Shown piece by piece: positions 1 to 11,380 of a stretch of DNA of 64,000 nt. Positions within the stretch are counted from its first letter, which is position 1. Each line of letters starts with the position of its first letter. The notes under the pieces were generated by a model that was not told where the DNA came from, ran no database searches, and worked only from the letters and a program-made list of their open reading frames with translations. The position numbers and the translations under genes are program-made. Source of the DNA: the human T2T-CHM13v2.0 reference genome, Homo sapiens; NCBI RefSeq assembly GCF_009914755.1, contig NC_060938.1; one strand, given 5' to 3'.

Positions 1-1440
1 GTATTCCATGGTGTATATGTACCACATTTTCATTATCCAATTTGTCACTGATGGGCATTTAGGTTGATTCTATGTCTTGGTTATTGTGAATAGTGCTGCA
101 GTGAAAATTCACATGTATGTATCTTTGTGGTAGAATGATTTATATCCCTTTGGGTATGCACCCAGTAATGGGATTGCTGGGTTGAATGGTAGTTCTATTT
201 TTAGCTCTTTAAGGAATCACCACACTGCTTTCCACAGTGGTTGAACTAATTTACACTTTCACCAACAATGTGTAAGCATTCACTTTTCTCTGCAACCTCT
301 CCAGCATTTGTTATTTTTTGACTTTGTAATAACAGCCATTCTGACTGTGTGTGTGAGATGGTATCTCATTGAGGCTTTGATTTGCATTTCTCTAATTATC
401 AGTTGTGTTGAGCTTCTTTCATATGCTTGTTGGCTGCATGTATGTCTTCTTTTGAAAAGTGTTCATGTTTCTTTCATATGTTTGTTGGCTGCATGTATGT
501 CTTCTTTTGAAAAGTGTTCATGTCCTTTGCCCACTTTTTAATGGGGTTGGTTTTTTTCTTGTAAATGTGTTTAAGTTCCTTATAGATGCTGGATGTTAAA
601 CTTTTGTCAGATGCACAGTTTACAAATATTTTATCCCATTCTGTAGGTTGTCTGTTTACTCTATTGATGGTGTCTTTGGCTGTGCAGAAGCTCTTAAGTT
701 TAATTAGGTCCCATTTATCAATTTTTGCTTGTTGCAATTTGCTTTTGGCAGGTTTGTCATGAAATCTTTGCCCATTCCTATGTCCAGAATGGTATCGCCT
801 AGATTGTCTTCCTTTGGGTTTTATATTTAGGTCTTTAATCCATCTTTGATTTTTGTATATGGTGTAAGACAGGAGCCCTGTTTCAATCTTCAACATGTGG
901 CTAGCCAGTTATCCCAGCACCATTTATTGAATAGAGAGTCCTTTCTCCACTGCTTTTTTTTGTCAGCTTTGTCAAAGATCAGATGATTATAGGTGTGCAG
1001 TCTTATTTCTGGGCTCTCTATTCTGTTCTATTGGTCTATGAGTCTGTTTTTATACCAGTGCCATGCTGTTTTGGTTACTATAGCCCTGTAGTATAGTTTG
1101 AAGTCAGGTAACATGATGCCTACAGCTTTGTTCTTTTTGCTTACAATTGCCTTGGCTATTCAGGCTCTTTTTTGGTTCTATATGAATTTTAAAATAGTTT
1201 TTTCTAGTTCTGTGAAGAATGTCATTGGTAGGACAATGATGGGAATAGCATTGAATCTGTAAATTGCTTTGGGCAATATAGCCATTTTAATGATATTGAT
1301 TCTTTCTATCCATGAGCATGGAATATTTTTTCATTTGTTTGTGTCATCTCTGATTTCTTTGAGCAGTGTTTTATAATTCTCATTGTAGAGATCATTCACC
1401 TCTCTGATTAGCTGTATTCCTAGATATTATTCTTTTTGTA
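1..1440 (-). mobile_element. LINE-1 fragment (3' part of ORF2; L1PA/L1PB-age), continues off the window's left edge
   Basis: ORF 474..896 (-) contains KIDKWDLIKLKSFCTAKDTINRVNRQPTEWDKIF, the L1 ORF2 C-terminal region; frameshifted; 55-bp internal tandem duplication at 414-523. Confidence 0.95.
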
Positions 1441-2419
1441 ATAGGCTTGAATTAATTATAATTCTTAGCCTATATCACCTCTTGGAGTATTAAGTTTAAC
1501 AGCTGCCTATTAAAGTAAGTTGTTTCTTCTTATTTATTTTAAAATTGATTTGTCAAATACTGAAGTGTGCGCCCAAATTTTTGTATTTTGGAATTAGATA
1601 TAAATGGTCTTTTTTTTTTTAACAAATGGTCCTTTTAAAATTTGATTATATTTTTTTCAGATTTTGCACTTCTATATCCATGATCTGTGGTGTCAATCTA
1701 TCCTCACTCAGCAATTCTTTTATTTTCTTAATCATCTTACAGCTTTACAGCCTTTTCTAGATCTTTACTTGAGATTAAGCAGTCAAGATTCTAACAGATA
1801 GGAATTTGAACAAAGGTAGGATAACATTCTCTATTTTTTCCAGTTTTTAGTATGAGGATGTTACTATTTTTCACTTCTGTATTCATGGTTTTATCTCTTT
1901 CTGCTTTTATCTAGTTTTTTGGCTGAGGTAACATATTAGGTAAAAATCTTCTGGAAACAATCCAGATGGGCTCCTAAATCCTGTCCCTATGTTGGAAATC
2001 ACAGCTTGGAACTCATTAGCCATAACTATGATTCCCAAATTGCAAATCTTATACTTGATCCATCTGCCCACAGCCTCATTATATCTTCCTACAGCTTATC
2101 AACATCAGTGTGGTGTTGCACTATCCAGTAAGCCTAGATGCCATGTATGAATGGTACATTTTTTCTATGTACTTCCCTTACTGCATAATTTTGAAATGTC
2201 AGATTCTAGCACAGATTGTTTCCACTTCTCTATCCAAAGAAATGACAAGAAATTGAATTGGATAAATGTTCACTATATACCAATAAATGCAAGCTATTAA
2301 ATGGGGATAAAAATTAATGTAGTCTCTATTTTCCCTTCAAGTCAAGAGAGGAGACAGCCATGTAAACAATTAACCTTAACAAGTGAAATAAAATAGTACC
2401 AATTCGATTTAAGTTTGGG

Positions 2420-2700
2420 ACATGGCTTCTAACTGGGTTGAGTGCATAAGCCTCAAATGTAAGAGACAGTTGAGCTGAGCCTGGAAGAGTGAGCAGGCTT
2501 TTGATAGATACAGTTGCCTGAAGACAAAGTCCACACACAGAGTTGGGGAGAACATACAGTCTCAGAGAAATGGAGCTAAAGCCCTGATCACACCATGCCT
2601 GGAAACCACCCTATCTATGTATTGCCTATTAAGTGAGATTATACATTTCCTTACCATTTAGACCACTTTGACTTGATTTTTATATTACTTGCACTCAAAT
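2420..2700. mobile_element. Old LTR remnant (MLT1/ERVL-like)
   Basis: End reads ...catttccttaccatttagaccactttgacttgatttttatattacttgcactcaaa, resembling MaLR/ERVL LTR 3' ends; recalled similarity only. Confidence 0.4.
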
Positions 2701-2780
2701 TGATATAATGTCTCTAACACTCAGCCTCTATTTGTAACTGTCAGCTAGGCATCTCCAAATGGATGTCTCAATAACACTTT

Positions 2781-3572
2781 GTGTTAGTATGAGTTGTCTG
2801 AAAAGTAGACGGGATTAAACATACAAGAGATGAATTAGAGCTATCACTGGTGAGGGAAAATGAGGTGGAAGCCCATGAGGCAGGGATAGCTGTCAAACTG
2901 GTGGATATGTGAATTTGATAGAATCCACATAAGAAGGCCCATCAGGGTGGCTCACGCCTGTAATCCCAGCACATTGGGAGGCTGAGGCGGGCAGATCACT
3001 CGAAGTCAGGAGTTTGAGACCAGCCCGGCTAACATGGTGAAACCCCGTCTCTACTAAAAATACAAAACTTAGCCGGGCTTGGTGGCGTGCGCCTGTAGTC
3101 CCAGATACTCAAGAGGCTGAGGTGGGAGAATTGCTTGAACCCGGGAGGCAGAGGCTGCAGTGAGCCAAGATCGCGCCACTGCACTCCAGCCTGGGCTACA
3201 GAGTGAGACTCTGTCTCAAAAAAAAAAAAAAAAAGAAAAGAAAGAAAAGAAAAATTCACATCAGAGAAGGAAGGATAGAGGGGTTGGGTGAAAGAGCCTT
3301 AGATTGCTATGCCGTTCTAAGAAGGTTCAGCTAAGTTGATGGAGAGTCTTCAAGCCAATGTTGCTGATTAAAGGAAGAAATTTGGAAATGTATCTGTACA
3401 GCTTGATCAGTACACCTGCCACACCCAGTCATTGGCTAGGAGCAGCCCATGGAAGGTGTGGCATGGGCCTGATTGACATACTGGATGTCAGAGAGCAACA
3501 GCACCTAGGGTTTTTGGTCAATCTAGCTACCGTAGTCAGCGAATTTTGAGAGCTGCATCTTCCTGACCTCCA
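2781..3572 (-). mobile_element. ERVL LTR (LTR16-like) interrupted by an Alu
   Basis: TG...CA-like ends; motif cagtcattggctaggagcagcccatggaagg recalled as LTR16-type. Confidence 0.55.
2945..3254 (+). mobile_element. Alu (AluS-like)
   Basis: Dimeric Alu with A-rich linker and A/GAAA tail. Confidence 0.97.
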
Positions 3573-3574
3573 CA

Positions 3575-3900
3575 CACCTCAACCTCAAAACAACCAAAGT
3601 GAATTCATTTTTCCTTGCTCCCAACGTTCCCTCTCTGCCTATTTTCCCTACCTTCCTAGTCATCCAAAACAGAAATTACATAGTCATCCTTGATCTCTTC
3701 CTCTTCTTTTCCCATCATACCCAACAATACTCCTATTTGAATGAATGTTCCTCCATCATGCCTCTTGCACCCACCCCTGCTTCGAGCCCACTGTCACCTG
3801 CCTCAGTCAGGCTTTCATCTCTTGCCTGTGCTGTTGCACTAGCCTAAGAAGAACTCACTTCTGACCCCCAATCCAGTATTCTTTTCATTACATCAAACTA
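3575..3900 (+). mobile_element. L2 fragment
   Basis: Pyrimidine-rich degenerate L2 3' region (gtcatccttgatctcttcctcttc...). Confidence 0.55.
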
Positions 3901-4481
3901 CCTTCAACACGTCTATAGTTGGAGAGACCATCTAATTCATTCCTCTTCAGCCTTTTTTCCACCCTAGCACACCTGAGAGATTCGGATATGCCAGTCTCCT
4001 CCCCAAATGACAATTGCTGACAATTTTCAAAAACCCTTGTAGAGAGTTAAAGGAACCATTCTTTGATCAGGGTACACCATAATAATTGTTCTATGCAAGG
4101 TCATTTCTGGTTTTAATTCTCTAGACCTTTTTATCCCCCATTTCCTTCTCCAATAGGTAATCAGTCTAATGTGTTGGATGTGTATCCTTTTATTCACATG
4201 TGAAGTTTTTTTTTCAAGAGTTGAAAAGAGGTCAGTTATTAAACATGAAGCATTAAAAAACTTAATTATCTAAGTGATGAATGAAGGATAATAAATATAT
4301 GCAAACTTATAAAATCAATTGCTAAAGCAAAATGTATTTTAAAAGTATTTCTTAGTGAAAACAAGTTTTTAAATCGGGAAGAGAGGATTTTAGCTGCCAT
4401 AATAAAAGTAGCACAAACCTCATGTTTGCTTGCAGATTCTCTGGTTCTGAAAGTCCACATCAATCTCTGGAAAGTGGCTGA

Positions 4482-5020
4482 AAGGCCTCCAAGGATTTGA
4501 TAATCTCATATCATCTCTTTATCCTGTAGTTGGAATCCTGAGGACTTTCTCACTCCTTTATCTTTATTTTATTTTTTAGAGACAGGGTCTTGCTGTGTTG
4601 CCCAGGCTGGCCTTGAACTCCTGGGTTCAAGCAATCCTCCCATCTCAGCCTCCCAAGTTGCTAGGATTACTGGCATGCATCACCACACCCAGCTATCTTT
4701 ATATCTTTGTATTCTTCAGTGGATGCAAATTCAGGTCCACAGATTCGATTCTCAACCACCTGACTTTAGCGAACTCCTTGGCCCTCCTCTCTAAAGATGT
4801 CTCCCAGGCACTGGCAGTTTTCCCCTCAAAGGTTTTAAATACAAAATTATCTACCTTTATAGAGTGGGCAGAGGACTGTCTTTTGGCACCACCTCCCTCT
4901 TTAGTGTCTTCCAGGTTATCACTATCGACCCTAGGACCTCCAGGTGGAAAGAGCTTTAATAAAAGCTCCCAAGTACAATGACTTCTCCATTTCCCTACCA
5001 TGTGCTGGATCTACATATGC
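4482..5020 (+). pseudogene. Vomeronasal type-1 receptor (V1R/VN1R family) pseudogene, 5' half (about TM1-TM4)
   Basis: Joined across frameshifts and the FLAM: (K)ASKDLII...VVGILRTFSLLYLY|IFVFFSGCKFRSTDSILNHLTLANSLALLSKDVSQALAVF...YLYRVGRGLSFGTTSLFSVFQVITIDPRTSRWKEL..KAPKY..CWI, matching V1R hallmarks (STDLILxHLxxANSL, RVGRG, LSVFQAITISP, KAPK). Expected start codon reads AAG at 4482; acceptor-like ttgcttgcag ends at 4435. Confidence 0.92.
4568..4693 (-). mobile_element. Free left Alu monomer (FLAM_A-like) inside the V1R pseudogene
   Basis: ~126-bp monomer with poly-T; 9-bp TSD tatctttat at 4559-4567 and 4694-4702. Confidence 0.9.
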
Positions 5021-5024
5021 ATTT

Positions 5025-6163
5025 TTTGTCTGGGGTTTTTTTCTATTGAAAAAAATTAATAGTTTTATTTCTTAGAGCCATTTTAGGTTTATAGAAAAAA
5101 TGGGACAGAAATTACAAAGAGTTGCCATATTCTCTTCCCCTGCACGCCTACACGTTCCCCACTTTCAGTTCCCCTATTAGTAAGATCTTGTACACAGGTA
5201 GTACATTTGTCACAGTTGTTGAATCTATATTGATATATTATTATTAACTAAAGTCCATATATTATATTTGGGTTTACTCTTTGTGTTGTACATTCTATGA
5301 GTTTTGACAAATGTATTATGACAAATATTACATGACATGTTACATGACATGACATATTATGACATATTATATGACATATATAATGTATATATTTAATGAC
5401 ATTATGATAGATATATAACATATATCTATCATTCAGAATAGATTTACTACCCTAAACATCCCCTGTGCTCCATCTATTCATCCCTGTCTTCCCACCTTCA
5501 AATCCCTGGCAACCACTGCTCTTTTTACTGTCTCCATAGTTTTGCCTTTTTCAGAATGTCATAGTTGGTATCATACAGTTTCTTTCACTTAGCAATAAAT
5601 ACTTAAGGCTCCTCTATGTCTTTTCATAGTTTGAGAGCTCATTTCTTCTTATCATTCAATAATATTCCATTGTGTTTATGCACCACTGTTTGTTTATCCA
5701 TTCACCTATGAAGGACATCTTGGATGCTTCCAAGTTTTGGCAATTATGAATAAAGCTACTATAAACATCCATGTACAGATTTTTGTATGGATATACACTT
5801 TTAAATTATTTGGATAAATATCTAGGAGCAGAATTGCTGGACTGTATGGCAAGATTATGTTTGGCTTTGTTAGGAAACTGCCTTCCAAAGGGGCTATACC
5901 ATTTTCTATTACCACCAACAATGAATATTGCTCCACATTCTCATCACCATTTGATGTTGTCAGTGTTTTGCACTGAAGCCATTCTAATAGGTTTGTAGTG
6001 GTATTTCATTTTAATTTGCAATTCCCTAATGCAATTTAATGTTGACATTTTTCATATGTGTATTTGCCATCTGTATATCTTTGGTGAAGTGCCTGTTCAG
6101 ATCTTTTGACAACTTTTTAATGGGAATTTTTAAATTGTTGACTTATAAGAGTTCTTTGCATAT
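5025..6163 (-). mobile_element. Old L1 3' end (L1MC-like), left part
   Basis: L1MC-type 3' UTR then ORF2 end (ORF 5706..5936: HTKICTWMFIVALFIIAKTWKHPRCPS); resumes at ~12150. Confidence 0.85.
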
Positions 6164-6721
6164 ATTTTTATTTCAATTTTAGTTAACAAATAATAATTGT
6201 ATATATTAATGGGATACATAGTGATATGATACCTAAAATGTCTGCTGATCAGATTGGAATAATTAGTATATCCATCACCTCAAACATCATTTCTTTGTGT
6301 TAGGAACATTTGATATCCTCCTTCTAGCTATTTGAAAATATAAAATATATTAACTCTATTCATCCTATAGTGGTATAGAACACTAGAACTTATTCCTTCT
6401 ATCCAGCTGTAATTTTGTATCATTTAACAAATCTCTTCCAATCCCTTTCTTTCCCCTCCCCTTTCCATGCTCTAGTGTTCTCTGTTCTACTTTTTACTTG
6501 AACGAGATCAAGATTTTTTAGTTTTCACATATGCATGAGAACATGCAGTGTTTAATGTTTGGATCCTGGCTTACTTCATTTGACATAATGGTCCTCCAGT
6601 TCTATCAGTGTCGCCACACATTACAAGATTTTATTTTTATGACTTCAATATAATGATTTCTTTCCTTTGGACAAATTCTCAGTAGTAGGGTTACTGGATC
6701 ATATGGTAGTTCTATTTGTAG

Positions 6722-6811
6722 ATTTTCCTTGTTTTTTGGCTTGTTAAGTGAAGTGTTGTGAGTGGAGAAAGAACAAAGAAATCTGTAACTGGTTGTGATC
6801 AATTAGTTGTA
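6722..6811 (-). pseudogene. Y3 RNA (RNY3-derived) retropseudogene, 5'-truncated, with A-rich tail
   Basis: Minus strand TACAACTAATTGATCACAACCAGTTACAGATTTCTTTGTTCTTTCTCCACTCACAACACTTCACTTAACAAGCC matches recalled hY3 from about nt 25 to the 3' end; TSD tctattt(g/t)tag at 6711-6721 and 6812-6822. Confidence 0.92.
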
Positions 6812-8686
6812 TCTATTTTTAGTGTTTTAGAGTCCTCCATACTATCCTCCATAGTGGCTGTACTAGCTTGCATGTCCACCCACAGTGTATAAGAATTCCC
6901 TTTTCTCCTCATTCTCACCAGCATTTGTTATTTTTTGTCTTTTTTATAATAGCCATCCTTACTGGGGTGAGATGATACCTCATTGTGATTTTGGTTTGCA
7001 TTTCCCTGATGATTAGTGATGTTGAGCATTTTTTCATATATTTGTTGGCCATTTGTTGTCTCCTAATAAATGTCTGTTCACATCATTTGCCCATTTTTTA
7101 ATTGGATTGTTTGATGTTTTTGCTGTTGAGATGTTTCAGCTCCTTTTATATTCTAGATATTAATCCTCTGCCAGATGAGTAGTTCACAAATATTTTCTCC
7201 CCTTCAACAGGTTGCCTCTTCATTCTGCTGATTGTTTCTTTTGCTATGCAGAACATTTTAGTTTGACATAATCCCACTGGTTTATTTTTGCTTTTGTTCC
7301 TTGTACTTTTGAGGTCTTATTCATAAAGTCTTTTCCCAGGCCAATGTCCTAAAGCATTTCCCTTGTGTTCTTCTAGTAGTTTTGTCATTTGAGGTCTTAC
7401 ATTTAGGTCTGTGATTCATTTTGATTTTCATATAGAGTAAGAGGTGGGGGTCTATTTCATTCTTCTACATATGGATATCCAGTTTTCCCAGCACTATTTA
7501 TTGAAGAGACTGTCCTTTCCCCCAGTGTTCTTCCCACATTTGTCACAAATCAGTTGACTATAGATAGATCAATTAATTTCTGGGTTCTGGGTTCTGTTTA
7601 GTTGGTCAATATGTCTGTTTTTATGCCACACCATGCTGTTTTGATTACTACAGCTTTATAGCATATTTTGAGGTCTGTTAGTGTGACACCACCAACTTTG
7701 TTCTTTTAGGACAGGATTGCTTTGGCTATTTGGAGTCTTTTGTGGCTCCATACAAATTTTAGGATTTTTTTCTTATTTCTGTGAAAAATGTCATTGATAT
7801 TTTGCTAGAAACTGCATTGAATCACTTGATTTCTTTGGGGAATAAGGTCATTTTAATAATATTAATTCTTCTAATCCATGAGTGTGGACGTCTTTCCATT
7901 TGTTTATATCTTCTTCAATTTCTTCCATCAGTGTTTTGTAGTTTTCCTTGTAGAGGTCTTTTACCTTTTTTGGTTAAATTTACTCCTAAATATTTTATTA
8001 TTTTCTGTAGCTATTGCAAATGGGATTGCCTTCTTGATTTCCTTTTCAACTAGTTTGTTGTTCTGTGTAGAAATGCTACTGAATTTTGTATCCTGGCACT
8101 TTACTAAATTCATTCATCAGTTCTAGGAATTTTTTGATATAGTCTTTAGGTTTTTGTATATATAAGATCATGTCATCTGCAAAAAGGGACAATTTGACAT
8201 CCTCCTTTTCATTGTGGATGCCCTTTATTTCTTTTTCTTGCCTAATTGCTCTGGCTAGGACTTCTAGTGTTATGTTGAATGAGTGTAGTTAGAGTGGGCA
8301 TCCTTGTCCTGTTCCAGTTGTTAGCAGAAAAGCTACCATCTTTTCTGTATTCAGTAAGATGTTAGCTATGGGTTTTTCATATATAGCATTGATTATGTTG
8401 AGGTACTTTCATCCTGTACCTAATTTATTAAGAGATTTTAGGAATGCTAAATTTTATCAAAAGCTTTTTCTGCATCCATTTAGATGGTTTTTGTCCTTCA
8501 TTCTGTTGATGTGATGTACGACATTTATTGATTTGCAGATGTTGAACCATCCTTGCACTCCTGGGTTGTATCCCACTTCATCATGATGTACTATCTTTTT
8601 GATGTGTAGTTGGATTCAGTTTGCTAGTATTTTTTAAAAGATTTTTGCAGCTATGTTCCTCAGGTATATTGGCCTATAGTTTTCTT

Positions 8687-8693
8687 TGTGTGT

Positions 8694-8725
<32 letters not shown>
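8687..8725. repeat. (TG)n microsatellite
   Basis: Direct read, one interruption. Confidence 0.97.
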
Positions 8726-9456
8726 CCTTTTCTGGTTGTCGGTCTCATGGAATGAGGCAGAAAGAATTCCTTCTTTCCAGTTTTGGAAATAGTTTGAGAA
8801 TAATTGGTATTAATTCTTATTTACAGGTTTGGTAAAATTCAGTGGAGAAGCCATCTGGTTCTCAACTTTTTTTTTGGAAAGACTTTTTATTACTGATTCA
8901 ATCTCATTACTTGTCATTGGTCAGTTCAGGTTTTCTATTTCTTCTTGGTTCAAATTAAATGTGTCCAGGAATTTATCCATTTTCCCTAGGTTTTCAAATT
9001 TATTGACATATAGTTATTTATAGTATTCTCTAATGAGCCTTTGTATTTCTTTTGTATCTGTGTGATGTATCCTGTTTTGTTTTTGGCATTATTTATTTAG
9101 GTCTTCTCTCTTTTCTTCATAGCCTAGTTAATGACTTAGTGGTTTAGTTTCTTTCCAAAGAACCAACTTTTTGTTTCATTGATCTTTTGTATTTTTTAGT
9201 CTCTCTCTTATTATTTCTATTCTGATCTTTATTATTTATTTTCTTCTATTAATTTGGGGTTTGTTTTGTTCTTGCTTTTCTACTTCTTTGTGGTGCGTTA
9301 TTAGGTTGTTTATTTGGAATCTTTCTAGTTTTTTGATGTAGACATTTATTGCTATAAACTTGCCTCTTAAAACTGCTTTTTCTGTGCCCCATAGGTTTTG
9401 CTATTTTGTGCTTCTATTTTTATCTGTTTCAAGAAACTTTTAAATTTCATTTTTGA

Positions 9457-9746
9457 GGCCTGATACAGTGGCTCATGCCTGTAATCCAGCACTTTGGGAG
9501 ATGGAAGCAGGCAAATTGCTTGAGCCCGGGAGTCTGAGACCAGCCTGGGCAACATGGCAAAACCCTGTCTCTACAAAATTACAAAAATTAGCCAGGCATG
9601 ATGGTGCACACCTGTAGTTCCAGCTACTTGGGAAGTTGTGAGAGGACAGATTGAGCCCAGGAGATGGAGGCTACAGTGAGCCATGGTCACACCACTGTAC
9701 TCTAGCCTGGGTGATAGAGTGAAACCCTGTCTCATAAATAAATAAA
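9457..9746 (+). mobile_element. Alu (AluJ-like)
   Basis: Dimeric Alu with (TAAA)n tail, inside L1. Confidence 0.95.
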
Positions 9747-9914
9747 TTCATTTTATTCTTTATTTCTTCTCTCACCCATTTGTCATTCAGGAGCAAATTG
9801 TTTAATTTCCTTGTATTTGTAGTTTCAAATGTTTCTCTTGTTATTGATACCTAGTTTTATTCCATTGAGATCATGTAAGATATTTGATATAATTTTGATG
9901 TCTTAAATTATGGG

Positions 9915-10010
9915 GGAGCTCTCACCTGTTATCCTAACACTTTGGGAGGCCAAGGTGGGAGGATTGCTTAAGGCTAGGGGTTTGAGACCAGCTTCAACAA
10001 TAAAGCAAGA
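9915..10010 (+). mobile_element. Alu left-monomer fragment at an L1 deletion junction
   Basis: cactttgggaggccaaggtgggaggattgctt...gagaccagc. Confidence 0.8.
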
Positions 10011-10719
10011 ATGACAACAATGCCTATAATACAAACATTTCTTTACTTAATGGTGTTGCATAAATTCTGTAGTCTTCCTTCATTCTTTTTTGTTGTTGTT
10101 GTTATTTTTGTCTGCGTGTTATTTCAAAAGACCTGTCTTCAAGTCAGAATTTCTTTTTTCTGTTGGGTCTAGTCTATTGAAACTCTTGATTGTATTTTTA
10201 AATTTTATTCACTGAATTCTTCCACTGTAAGACTTGTTTTTCCTTAATGATATTTATCTCTTTTTAAATTCTTCCTTCAAATCATGAATTGTTTTCCTGG
10301 TTTTATTAAATTTCCTATCTATATTCTCTTATATTTCACTGAGTTTCTTTAACATTATTATTCTGAATTCTTTTTCTGGCATTTCATATATTTTCTTATG
10401 ATTGGGGTCTCTCACTGGACAATTATTATTTTCATTTGGAGGTGACATATTTCCTTGCTTTTTTGTGGTTGATGTCCCTATGTTGATCTCTCTGCATCTG
10501 GTGGAAAATTTGCTCCTTCCGATTTTATGGAGTGAGTTTGCAGGGAAATATTTTTTGTATAATTGGGTCTTGGGATGTCAGTTTGATGGGGTGTTTCAGC
10601 CTTGGTTCTAGGTGAATACAGTAGTGTATTCTTAGTGTAATTTCTTCAGTTGTAATCCACACTAGTGGCATTTGCGACGTCTCAGTGGCCTAGGCTGAGA
10701 TAGTTTGTGGCAACACTGG

Positions 10720-11380
10720 TGCAGATTTTCCAGGGGTAGGCTCATTGGGCTGTTTCTTAGGTCAGGGGCACATGCATGTGCACACAATAGGTTGGCCAAA
10801 CTGGGGCCTGGCTCACTGGGATTGGGGCCACAGGGCTGTTACTCTGGCAGAGCACATGGGCATGTAGTTGCTTGGCTGGCCTGGAGGCATGTCCACAAGG
10901 GGCAGCCCACAGGGCTGTTTCTCAGGCCCAGGACATGGTCACAGGGCTTCTCAGCTGGCATGGGTGTGTGCCTGCTGGGGGTGGGCCACAGGGCTGCTTC
11001 TCTAGCTTGGGACATGGAGGTACAGCTGCTTGGTTGACCTGGGGGCATATTTGCCAGGGGTGTCCCATGGGGCATCCCATGGGGCTGTTTCTCAGGCTGG
11101 GATGTGGATACAAAGCTGCTCAGCGTGCCTGGATTCATGTCTGTTGGGGGTAGGACATGGGGCTATTTCTCAGGGCCAGAACACAGGCACACAGCTGCTT
11201 GGCCAGCCTGGAAGTTTGCCTTCCAGGGACAGCATGCATAGTTGTTTCTCGGGCTCTGATTGTAGGAGCTGGGCCACTGGTCAAGTCAGGTTCTTGTGTG
11301 TAGGGGGTGGGGCCCCTCAGGACTGTTTCTCAGGCCCTGGGCAGAGCCGTGTAGTCACTCTGCAGGCCTGGGAGCATGTC
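10720..11380. repeat. Degenerate ~80-bp tandem repeat (about 8 units) in the L1 5' UTR
   Basis: Core gggctgtttctcagg recurs near 10747, 10833, 10912, 10991, 11082, 11160, 11239 and 11320. Confidence 0.8.

Noticed and set aside
4595-4981. 128-aa ORF as a real gene
   Set aside because: Chimera of antisense FLAM, a short in-frame V1R stretch and out-of-frame V1R sequence, with a GTG start.
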